DNA of 42,175 nt from Octopus bimaculoides (taxonomy: Eukaryota), in the NCBI RefSeq assembly GCF_001194135.2, contig NC_068981.1, positions 129,242,439 through 129,284,613 on the forward strand, in the 5' to 3' direction. The notes below the pieces were generated by a model that searched no databases, had not been told where the DNA came from, and worked only from the letters and a program-made list of their open reading frames with translations. This document shows, in pieces, positions 12,263-23,945 of this stretch. Position 1 is the stretch's first letter, and each line of letters begins with the position of its first letter. The position numbers and the translations under genes are program-made.

Positions 12263-12643
12263 GTGGAGGCGCAATGGCCCAGTGGTTAGGGCAGTGGACT
12301 TGTGGTCGTAGGATCGCAGTTTCGATTCCCAGACCAGGCGTTGTGAGTGTTTATTGAGCAAAAACACCTAAAGCTCCACGAGGTTCCGGTAGTGGATAGT
12401 GGCGAACCCTGCTGTATTCTTTCACCATAACTTTCAGTCACTCTTTCTTCCTGTTTCTGTTGTGCCTGTATTTCAAAGGGCCAGCCTTGTTACACACTGT
12501 GTCACACTGAATTTCCCCGAGAACTATGTTAAGGGTACATGTGTCTGTAGAGTGCTCAGCCACTTGCATGTTAATTTTATGAGCAGGCTGTTCCGTTAAT
12601 CAGAACAACTGGAACCCTCATCATCGTGGCACTTACAATGATG
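12263..12643 (+). mobile_element. tRNA-derived SINE (family A) with atypical 3' end
   Basis: Alignable to 1510-1895 over about 355 nt; imperfect TSD AGAAGACCTAT (12252-12262) / AGAAGATCTAT (12644-12654). Confidence 0.9.
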
Positions 12644-12859
12644 AGAAGATCTATAGAGAGAGGGAGTTGGAGAGATAGCACGTATGGCAACACTGACAAA
12701 ATATACAGTATTTAGTTTCATACCTCAACATTTCAAGTTTATGCTTCACCAGCATTAACTATGCTTTAAGATAGGAATATATCTGAATCAATTTCCTACT
12801 ATTAATTGCATGAAGAATAATTAGTTGTTACTCTTATTAATCTATCAAATGTTATTGTG

Positions 12860-13138
12860 TAGATGACAGATGAGGTTTCTGCAGTTTCTTGCTAAACAAC
12901 TTACACAGATGATTTGTTTATAATGATCAAATGTCTATACTGTACATTAGCTTACTCCCTCCATCAAATTGACATCACCTGTACATGTGCACAGTATGCC
13001 TCATGTCAGATGTCAAACTGATAACAGAGCAACACCAAATGAAGTGTTTAACTTAAAAACACATCGCACCACCCAATCCGGGAATCAAAACTACAATCTC
13101 ATGACTGCTAGTGGAACATTCTAACCACTAGGCCATCA
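12860..13138 (-). mobile_element. Old degenerate tRNA-headed SINE
   Basis: Reverse complement begins GATGGCCTAGTGGTTAGAATG...TTTTGATTCCCGG; related fragments at 20640-20890 (+) and 34620-34865 (-). Confidence 0.55.
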
Positions 13139-13329
13139 CCCTCACTATCAAAAAATGCTATACTATAATAGTAATACTATAATTTGAAACCTCCAAAGTA
13201 GCATTAATATAATATTGTTGATTTACTCCTCTCCTGTAAAAATTGTATTATACTTATCTTCTGTAAAATATTTACTTTGTGCCAATGTAAGAACTCATTA
13301 TTAAATATTATTTAAAACTATTTCACCAG

Positions 13330-13516
13330 ATGGTTTTTCAAAAATAATGACACAACTGTGTACTTTCTCCTACTGTGTTGGGCTACATTTCCTGCTACTG
13401 TCTCTATTAATATGTACTTCTATTATGAAGAAGGTCTATATGTACTCCTCCTGTGTATGGCAATCTGTACTGTTATTGTGTCAGTCATTATGCAGCTGTA
13501 CATACGTTCCTATTAA
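13330..13516 (+). CDS. Candidate alternative terminal exon of the RILP-like gene encoding two hydrophobic helices
   Basis: TTTCACCAG acceptor (13328-13329) in the phase 2 required by exon 4601-4714; 61 open codons (L)WFFKNNDTTVYFLLLCWATFPATVSINMYFYYEEGLYVLLLCMAICTVIVSVIMQLYIRSY*; 78-nt internal repeat with synonymous bias; ATTAAA near 13558. Confidence 0.55.
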
Positions 13517-13689
13517 GTAATGAGTATTAGTAATCATTTCCTAACACATGTAGTTTATTAAATCATGGAAGCCATTTTCAATCCCAGATATTCACCACAA
13601 TATCACAATCTTTATTTTATGTGTTGTGTCATTTAAAAACATTGAAATTATCTCTTATCATATCTCCAGTCTCATTCATCATTGTTGTC

Positions 13690-13890
13690 ATTATTTAATG
13701 TCTTCTGTTCATAATGGCACAAGTTGATCAGTTTGATAGGATCTGTTGAGACGGAGGACTGCATTGAGCTCCTGTGTGTTTTGGCTTGGATTCTACAGCT
13801 GGATGCCCTTCCTAATGCTAACCACTTTACAGAGTGTACAAGATGCTTTTTTGTGATACCAGCACTATTGAGGTCACCAAGCCATTTGCA
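13690..13890 (-). mobile_element. Retroposon fragment with RTE-type tail
   Basis: CTACAGCTGGATGCCCTTCCTAATGCTAACCAC is the reverse complement of the shared core. Confidence 0.7.
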
Positions 13891-14681
13891 AGAACAAAAA
13901 AAAAATAATGAAGTTCAGTTTCATTAATATCAATGATATTAACAAAATCAAAAATAAAATTCAGTCTACTGTGTGATAAAGTTTTACTATCTCTGTTTAT
14001 AAGAAAATATTGTGATTCAGACTTCTTTTTGTTTTGACATGCTTCATATAAAGAAATATAAATTTCTATTTTTTATCATCTTTATATGAAACTTGTTTAA
14101 GTGAATTCAGTTTTTAGAAAAGGCTAAATAGTAACCTTAATAAGAATTTAATGATTTAAAGTTGATGAGGTTGGGTTATTGATTCACATATACTACAATT
14201 ACTGTATTTTGTTACTTAGTAAAACACATTACTATCTCTGACTTAGTTTTCACTTCATATATGACTGGTTAGCGGCAAGCAAAGTTATTTTATAAAGATA
14301 CTTGCATCTGTAGTCTACAGACATCCAAAGTTATACATAAAACTATTCTACCCATTTGTGTACACAAAATGAATATGAAATTCGAAAAAAACGTATATTG
14401 TAATGAATTATCTTCTCCCTTGTCCATATAGAGACTTCAATTTATCAAAATCCATACTTTACAGCTAATAGGTTTTTTTTTGGGGGGGGGGGTTCATTTT
14501 GTGTTATCAGTTTCTTTTTACATATCAAATATATAAGTAAATTCATCCTTTTTTGCTCCAATTTTTTCCCATCTATCAGTTAAATTTTCTAATTTCAGTT
14601 TAATTTTATTTTTGTTTCTTCTCTTTATACTGTCTGGTTTTTCATCCATTTTATTTTCTCTTCACCATTTTTACATTTCAA

Positions 14682-14852
14682 TCCTTTAGCATTCAGAATT
14701 ACTCTGTCAAATGCAATGCCTATTTATTCACATTGTTTTGACCTAATCATGCATTATCGTCTAGTTTTGAAATTTCAATACTGTATACTTTTAGAGTGAC
14801 ATTGTAGGGTAGGTGTGTGAGGCTGGATCTGGCCAGTTTAAATGCTAAAGAG
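14682..14852. mobile_element. piggyBac-type MITE, degenerate second copy
   Basis: TCCTTTAGCATTCAGA...GGCCAGTTTAAATGCTAAAGAG, alignable to 3703-3915; TSDs decayed to TCAA. Confidence 0.7.
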
Positions 14853-15439
14853 TCAAAGTTGTTTTCTATATTTTTCATGTTTTCTTCTTTACTCTTTACC
14901 CATTAATTTACTATTATTTCTACTATTTCCATGTTTATTATTATTGTTGTTATTGCCATTACTCTTATTGTTTCTAATGTAGGGAGTTGGTCCAGACACT
15001 AGAGAGATGGAAAGGATGCTAGTTTATGGTATCCTCAATACCTTACTGATCTGAGACCAAATTCTTCCAAGGTCAATTTGGCCTTTCATTCCTTCTAGAG
15101 GGTATTAATTTAATCTGCTGTACACCTTCTTCTCCCAAAAAGAAATTGTATCTAGTCAAAAGAAATTATTACTGTTATTGGTGCAGATTTTCTTTGTATG
15201 GTGGTAAGTGTCCAGTGAGCCAAGTCTGCAATCTCATTTCAGTTTCCAGTTGGATTTTCTTCATTCACATTATTAAAGTTCTTCAGAAAATCATAACCAT
15301 CACTTTTTTCCATCTCCTTCTGTTAATTCAAGGCCTTGTGACTACATACAAAATCATTTATTATTGTTTTTAATGTTATATTTTTCCTGCTTTAATCATC
15401 TAGTACATCCTTTAATCTGACCTGTGGATATTTTCTCAG

Positions 15440-15491
15440 TTTCCAGAATTTGGTGGACAAACTCAATCTCCCTGTGGACTTTTCTATTTAG
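15440..15491 (+). CDS. RILPL1: Candidate (possibly main) terminal exon of the RILP-like gene
   Basis: TTTTCTCAG acceptor, phase 2; gives ...SQIRKFFQNLVDKLNLPVDFSI*; followed by T-rich UTR-like sequence and AATAAA near 15693. Confidence 0.55.
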
Positions 15492-16009
15492 TAATCCAGC
15501 ACACAACTGGCAATTGTGTCTCATGTCAGGCCAGGTGACGTCATATTCCGAGTCTTCCTGTTCATATAATGTTTTTTATGTTGTGCTTTCAACTTTAGCA
15601 TCTCTTTTTGTTTGTCGTGATGCTTTTGTTTTTGTTTGTATATCCATATCATCAGTTTCCTTTCTTTACCAAATCATTTATTTTCCTGAATGAATAAAAT
15701 ATAAGTAAAAAGCATAACGTATTCCTACATACATTGATGTGTCTCAAAATAGGGCATATAGATGTTCTTTTGCTTGCTTCCATAGCTTGATGTGTCGTTA
15801 GTCCAAAACACAGTGTTGTGTTGGTCATGTACATGTATATCTTGTGCGTGTGTATGTGTGTGTTGTATGTGGAGGAAAAAGATGACAAATATGTGTTACT
15901 ATTGCATGTTCATGCCCATTGATGCTGCCTTGGCTATAGCAACTGGTGAACCTTTCTATTTCCTACATTTCATGCATGTTTATATAATTGTAATAAGGGT
16001 TATTATCAT

Positions 16010-18945
16010 TAGGCTGGTGGAGGAGTAGATTGCTAGTCTAAAACGATATCTCCCTTTACGTTCTGAGTTCAGATCCTGCCAGGGTCAACTTCACTTTCAT
16101 TTGTCTAGGAACCAATAAAATAAATACCAGTCAAGTAGCAAGATTGATAGACTTGACAATACCCTCCCCTTGTATCATTGTTAAATATTATTATTGTGAC
16201 AAATGATTTAGAATAGTAGTAAATAAACTCTTGGAAAGTAGAATCTATAACTTTTATTGTTGCTAATATCCAGTTTTGGTCATTTCACTTCATTTTCTCC
16301 CCTGTAAACCTGAGGATTTGTGTTTATGTAGCCATATAAAAGAAGAAGGGTAAACATCTAATGCAGTGGTAAATTATTTTAAAAAAGGGAAGCCTATGAC
16401 ACTATTGTTTCTGTTGCCAAGACGCTCAACAATAATGTGTGGCTGTAAATAGATATCTTAGGAAGGTTGAATATAATGATTTCTTTCATTATATTCAAAC
16501 TTCCAAGCTGTGTATTAAGCTCAAATCCCCACATGTAGCTTAGAGAAGCATTCACCTGCAGATAACACACCATGTCACTGATACCTTACATTTTTTTTTA
16601 CCTTTATTTTATGTTGCCAAGATTAATATAATACCATTTGATACACTTCACTGGATTCATATCAACTAGCTATAGAATTGATCTTGTGCTTAGTTAAAAA
16701 AATAATGACATTAATAATCTTCAAGCAAACCAGATAAGTTTGCAAAAGTTTGATCTAAATTCTTGACTGTGCTTTGTTGGGATCTCTTTCTCTTCAAAGA
16801 AGGGGACATTATATGTAACCCATCCACCTACACCCCCCCCCAAAAAAAAAGAAAGAAAGAAAATCTGTTAGTAAGGGCAATAAAAAACAAATGGTGATGA
16901 TTTCAAATGATGATGATTTATGGTGTTTACATTGCTATGCCACTATTCCAGAAATCAAAATCTAGTTATTTCATTTTCCTAAGGTCAATGAAATATGTTT
17001 CAGTGTCTTTTAAAGATCCCTAATGAACTCCTCATTACTTTTCTTCTCTTAATATTGAGCCATATGTAAAATGCTTAGTGGAATTTTGTCCATCTTTACA
17101 ATCTGAGTTCAAATTCTGTTGAGGTTAACTTTGCCTTTCATCCTTTCAGAGTCAATAAAATAAGTACCAATGGAGCACAGGGTTCAATGTAATCAACTTA
17201 ACCCCTCTCCTAAACTTTTTGCCCTTGTGCCAAAATTTGAAATCAATATTGGGCCATATGTTATGATATCTACTTTATTTAAAACAGACCATACACTAAT
17301 ATAACTTTGACATGAATTGGAATTTTTTCACTTAAATCTCCAATATCCTTAAAAAGAATTTGAACATTAATCTCACGTCTCTATTCTATTTCCCCTATAA
17401 AACTGATTTCATGAATATGTAAGAAATGATAATATGACGCACACTAGTTATAGGATAAAAAATACTGCACTGTAGACTATGTAATCATAAATTCAGGTAT
17501 TGCTGTTCTCATTATATTGTGTCTCAAGTAAAGAAACTAACTCTACTGACTCCAGTTTTCTTGACTGAACAAAGTAGAAAGCTGTTCTCTCTTTCAAATC
17601 TAATTGGTTAGTGCTAGGAATAGCATCCAGCTATAAAAACAATTTCTCCTACATATAAACTTTCCATTTCATGGGGGGGAATTAATGTGAAATTAAATTT
17701 CATGGTCATTCCAGTAATGAAATTAAATATCTACCAAAAACGGAATTGCCTTTTTCTGCAAGTCATACATCTTATATTGCTGTTGCTTGAATATCACAAC
17801 TTCATATTCTCTCTCTATCTACTTCATGTCAGTGTAAAAGCCAGTCCTTATTAACTTCATATAAAGGTTGTTGGTAGATTGGCAGAATCATTAAAATGTC
17901 AGACAATATGCCTTGTGGTATTTCTTCTGGCGTTTTACGTTGTCAGTTTAAATCCTACCAACATCAACTTTGCGTTTTATACCTTCAGAGTCATTAAAGT
18001 ACTGGGTTGGTTTAATCACTTCTAAGATATTGGTAACACTTAGTACCTTAATATAGAAGGTTGCTGTTATTGTTATTACTATTATTAAGGCAGTGAGCCA
18101 GCAGAACTGTCAGCATGTTGGGTAAAATGCTTCGTGGCATTTCATTTGTCCTTACATCACAAGTTCAAATTCCACCAAGGTTGACTTTGACTTTTATCCT
18201 TTCGTAATCGATAAATTAAGTGCCAGTGAAGCATTGGGGTCAATGTAATTGACTAGTCTTCCCTCGCCCAAAATTTCAAGCCTTGTGCCTTTAGTAAAAA
18301 GGATTATTATTATTACTAAGGTGGCGAACTAGCAGGCAAAATACTTAGCAATGTTTCATCCTTCTTTACATTCTGAGTTCAAATTCCACTGAGGTGAACT
18401 TTGCCTTTCATCCTTTTGGGGTTGATAAAATTAGTACCAGTTGAGTGTGGGGCTGTATGTTATCAACATATTCCCTCCCCTGAAGTTGTTGGCCTGGTGC
18501 CAAAATTTGAAATCATCATCATCATTATCATCATTATTATTATTATTATTATTATTTTTCTTTTCCTCTGCATGTTTGATGCAATCACTTGCCAGGACAC
18601 ACCACATGTCCTAGGGCAAGTGAAGGTTAAATGATGTTGAAATATAACTGAAAGCTTGGGATACAACATAAACATTTAAAACGTTTTCTAAGGATGTGGT
18701 TAATACTTATCAACACAATCTTTTGGATTTCTTTGAGATGTGATTCTCTTGGGTAGCAAGCTGGTAGAATCATTAGCACACCAAGCTTAATACTTAGCGG
18801 CATTTCATCCGTCTTTATGTTCCAAGTTCAAATTCCGCCAAGGTCAACTTTGCCTTTCATCCTTTCAGGATTGCAGTCAAGTACTGGGGTCGATGTAACT
18901 GACTATCCCTCTCCCCAAAATTCCAGGCCTTGTACCTATAAAAGG

Positions 18946-18981
<36 letters not shown>

Positions 18982-19030
18982 GTCCCATCCATACTAGCAT
19001 GGAAAGCAGACATTAAATGATGATGATGAT
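16010..19030 (+). mobile_element. Cluster of at least six same-orientation family C SINEs (about 16010-16195, 17050-17250, 17875-18085, 18087-18317, 18318-18556, 18751-18981) plus a short RTE-type tail at 18982-19030
   Basis: A-box-like TGGCAGAATC, B-box GAGTTCAAATTCC, shared CTTTGCCTTTCATCCTTT body and (ATT)n/(ATC)n tails. Confidence 0.85.
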
Positions 19031-20639
19031 TACTATTATTCAAATAATAGTTTTGCTATTGATTATAGGGAAAGTATTCATATATACCAAGAATGGTGAC
19101 AGTTATCAGGTACTGCACACACATTAATTTTGGCTAGCTGTATTTGTACTCCATATACGATGTATAATTTTTATGACCTCTTGAAACATTTCAAGTAAAA
19201 ACGCCAATTAAAACTTGTTTTATGTGAGGTTTTATTTCATACATTCACAGTACTTCTACACATTTGTAGGAACATTTCTGTATAATAAAGCAAGGTAGTT
19301 AAAAGTTAGTTGATCCTGTTTCATTGCATTGAGAGATAGTGGTGGTAGTTTTTGATGGGGTTATTCTAGTAGTTGCTATTTTGATCATGGCTAATCTATA
19401 TGACGTTACTTGGACATCCTATTCTTATGTTCTGGCCTATAATCTAGTAGAATTAGTTAGATAAGTCTGCAATGCAGTTTTAATTTCTAGTTAGAACAAA
19501 TTAATTTATTTTTCTGAAGATTTTCACAAAACCATGAGCAAAAAGGTGATTATCTGTTATACAACCAATTCCAACATACTGGAATTTGCACTTTTCTGGT
19601 GTCCAGCTGTCACTCCAACAAGTGCACCTTACTAGTGCTTAATAAATATTCTGGTGCCTCCACAAGTCAAATGAAACAGCACTCTACTCATCAATGAAAG
19701 TCCACAATAATACTATAAAACTACTGAACTTGATGATAATAACCAAAAGAGTGGTCTTTGTTAATATCATAATTATTGAATTATTAAACAGCTTTATTTT
19801 AAGCATATTTTTTTAGTTTTGTTTAAGTTTTCAAATCAAGAATATTTAATTATGGTTGACTAGTTGCAATGTCTTTTGTACTGCAGTCTCTCTGTCATCT
19901 GGCAGTCTCTCTTTCATATGTGACAATATCTCTTGTATTTGATTTATTCCCTTATTTGGTTGTTTGTACATGGTGATATCATCTCATATAAAGTAGTCTA
20001 GTGTTTTACATACATATTTGTCACTTAGTGCCTCTTTATTGTAATAATTCCCACACAGTTGTTTTGCACTATCTTCTTTGGAATGATAAATTTGATTTTT
20101 GTTGTTGTACTTTTTCTTCTGAAATCTTATTTCAGAATAAATGGATTTTTCTTTTATCAATGTTACCTTCAAAATGTTTTTATTAATGTTAAAATGTCAT
20201 TATTTAATTATTTTATTTATTTGATTTATTGTTCCATTACCAAATTAATTGTCTGATGTTATGTTATAGTAATGGTGCTGTTTGAACATTATTTGTAACT
20301 TTTATAAAGTATTACCTTCATAGTCTATGTCAGTTTTAGTTTCAGCAGACTGAACATACATTCCCTTGTGTTACATGTTAAGTCTATCTTGACAGCATGC
20401 TAACAGCCTCATACACTAGAGTACTGAGTAACAAGCTGAGAGGTTGGTGGTCTTGTTACAAATAATTTATATATATATTAGCGACAGAGGCAATATTAAT
20501 ATCAAGAAGTAATATTTATTCTCACTTAAACATGGATGTTCTGTTAGAACAAACTTTACTGAGGTAGATACCATGAGTGAAACTCTCATATAGACTTTTT
20601 TTTGTGCCAAAAGCCTATTCTTTTATATGTTTCAGCTCT

Positions 20640-20890
20640 AAGGCTGTGGTCTACTGCAGACTGGGCGTTGTGTTGTGTTCTTGAATAAAGTACTTCATTT
20701 TCACATTGCTCTGCGATCATTTTGACATCTGACATGTGGCACCTGTTGCACCTATACAGGTAATGTCGATCTGATGCAGGGAGTGAGCTTATGTCTACAC
20801 AAACATTTGCTCACTATAAACAAATCATGTGTGTGGTTGTTCAGTCAGAAATTGTCAAACCCTCATACATCATCTAATGACGGGAGAGTC
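20640..20890 (+). mobile_element. Degenerate SINE body
   Basis: Shares ..TTTGACATCTGACATG..GCAC.. motif with the reverse complement of 12860-13138. Confidence 0.5.
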
Positions 20891-20905
20891 CATCATCATA
20901 TATGC

Positions 20906-20946
<41 letters not shown>

Positions 20947-23494
20947 AACTCAAAAATAACACAGTCCACCTTGCCGTTTGGAGTTTAGTTGAATGGGTTT
21001 CACCAAACTATTGTGTCCCAGATACACTACATTTAGATGAAGTCTTCAATTGTCCCTCTTTATTCAATAGGTTGTAAGACCCAACATATGTTAATGACAA
21101 AACTAAATTAAGTTTTTGTCATAATAGTTTATTGACTTTTCTGGTAATAATCTGTAAATATTGAAACAGACTAAAGAAATGTCTTCAACAAATTTGCATA
21201 ATAACCACATTGTAGTTGTAGACGTTATAATACATCAAGCATTGAGAAAACCAGGTATAGAACATGTTTGCAATAATGGATTTGTATGTCATTATTTATT
21301 GATATTCTACTTTACTTCTCTGGGGTTTTGAGAACTTTTTTTTTCTTTTGCTTAATTCATGTGAAATTTAATATGCAATATGATCAATCTCTTTCTCTGT
21401 CTTAAACTACAGATTTGTTCTCATTAGTAGTATGGTATTCTTTTTTTTTTTTTTTCTTGAATTGACTACTGTAAATATTCTAATCATTTTTATTTTACAG
21501 GATTTATTTCATCAAATACAAACATTAGACAACAAAATATGATCTGAATAAATGAACCAATTTATGGTCACAACTTCTATCAATGTTATATGTTAAACAT
21601 TTTTATACTTAATTATATACTATTGTATATAATTATTCTTACAGTAAATCTTACTGTTAATGAGTGAACTCTTTCACAGTCCACAGTTGATAAGAGCATA
21701 ATGTAATGGCTACTATACATAACATATTCTATTTATTACTTAACTAAAAAAAAAAATCATGCAAAAAGCTGTTTTGCATTCTATTTTCTTTATTAAAATC
21801 TTTATTGTTAGTAATGTCAATATTTCTCTATTATTTCAGTTTCCGGTTTATAATGGGCAAGCCACGAGAAGAACCTACCATTTGCCTCTCCCACCTTCAA
21901 TGGAAGAAGTAATTTGTAGAGCCATCCAACAACCATCATCACCGCTTGTCATTCTGTTAATTTTTTTCTTTGTGTCATAATGAACAAATTAAATGAAGAA
22001 AATAGTGCTTCATTTAACTGATTAACTAATTACTAATTGAGAGAGAGAGATGGACAGAGAGAGAGAAAACAAAAGTGAGGTGACAATTGATAGACGATAT
22101 AAGTAGTAAAACTAAGCAGGATACCTTTGAAATAATTATATGTGTCATACACTCTTTTTAATAATAACCTAGTTGAAAGGATAAAATATACACCTGGCTA
22201 TCCAGTAGAATTTCTAACTTATATCTAGTTTATGTTTTATAACTAAAGTTTACACCTGTTATTGTTTCATAACCCAAATGGACTCCCAGTATGTCTAGAT
22301 GGGAATCAAGTAGCAAAAAGTTTATTAATAACAAATAAGATTTCAAATAACTATGCAAATATACATACATATATATATAAAATTTGTGTAATCGTTTCAA
22401 TTAAGAACTTTCTTTTTTCTTTCTTTTTTTCTCTTTTACAATTTAAAATGACTTATTGGTCATTGTTTTAAATTTTAGTGTAAAAATTTAGTGGTAGAGT
22501 TAACATAGAAAGAGATAAATTACATGCTTTATGGCATCTAATATTTACCTTGGTGCCTTGCTGTTCCAAGTTCAGATCCTACTAAGAGTAATGAAATAAG
22601 TACAAGTGATATTTTGACTTGAGTTATTAAATTACATTCCTTTATATACACACAAAAATAAGAACACACATATATGCACAGAAACAGTTCAGTATATTTA
22701 ACTGACTCATCTAATGAAATATTACCAATGCTGTGCTGTAACAATCAAGTCTTATTCCTAAGACAATACAAATTCCTTACTGGTTCCTATTGGAATCACA
22801 ATTATTTTGTATTTACAATCAATATTATCCTGTATAGCTGATACATACTAAAAACCAATCAACATCTGTGCTTCTTGAATTCATTCAGCATTGAAATCAT
22901 TGTTGTCTAAGTTTATGCCAGGATAGGGCATCCAACTGGGCAACATTTGCTCTGGCAATTGCTGAAACTACATAATTGCCCAGCCTTCTACAGTACATAC
23001 CTGAGTCTTTCCTCCACTCTACAGTTGCCTGTCTTCTACTCTGAAGCTGTGAGTATCACTTCTACAGAACATGAAGCATTACTTTTACAGCATAGCTGTA
23101 AATATCAATACTGTACTACAATTATTAGTATCATCTGTACACTAATGCTGTGATTTCATACACTGCTGTATAACTGATAGTATCACTTACTTCTACAGTA
23201 TAACTGTAACTGACATGGTTGTTTTCAAAACAGCAATAAATATCTGCTTGACTTGTCCTCAGATTCCTCAAGCTATCCAACACATTCCATGTTTTACCCT
23301 GGTTTAGTAGCTGAAATGAAATGCAATGTGGTAAAGAGGGATTGAGGAGGAGGAAAAAAAAGAGAAAGCAGATGTTGCTGTTTACTAAGGAATCATTAAA
23401 GAATATAAATTTTAAATGTTTCTTTCTCTTCCATTTCTCTCTCTCTCTGTACATACACACATTGATACATATATATATGTATGTGATGCATACA

Positions 23495-23529
<35 letters not shown>

Positions 23530-23619
23530 TGTAAAATTTGTAACTAAAAGCTTGAAAATTTAATTTATTATTATTAGTTCTATTTTTAGTCATTTTAGAG
23601 CGATGAAGATGGTACAGAT

Positions 23620-23945
23620 CGCAGAGAGCCAACTTGGGTGCTTCAAAGCCTTTGAATTGGTTGTCTTGCCTTTCTGTTTTCCAATCACACCGAGGTTGAC
23701 TTTGCCTTTCATCCCTTTTAGGGTTTTGGTAAAATATATCTCAGTAATACACTGGGTCCATTCATTAAAAATAAAAAGATTGGCCTTGTGCTTTGTCAAA
23801 AGAGCTCATTATACTTGGCTTTTGGCTAAGAGCAAAGTGTATAATATGAATAAAGAAATCAATATTTTTACCATTCCAAGCCACATCATTTTCCACAACT
23901 CGTTCAACCCATACCAGCTGGGTAAAATGGACATTAAACTGATGA
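23620..23945 (+). mobile_element. Family C SINE fragment followed by an RTE-type tail fragment
   Basis: CCGAGGTTGACTTTGCCTTTCATCCC; later TTCAACCCATACCAGC..GGACATTAAACTGATG. Confidence 0.6.

Noticed and set aside
17875-18981. CRISPR-like repeat-spacer array
   Set aside because: Units are ~230-nt SINEs with microsatellite tails in eukaryotic DNA; no short repeats with unique spacers and no cas genes
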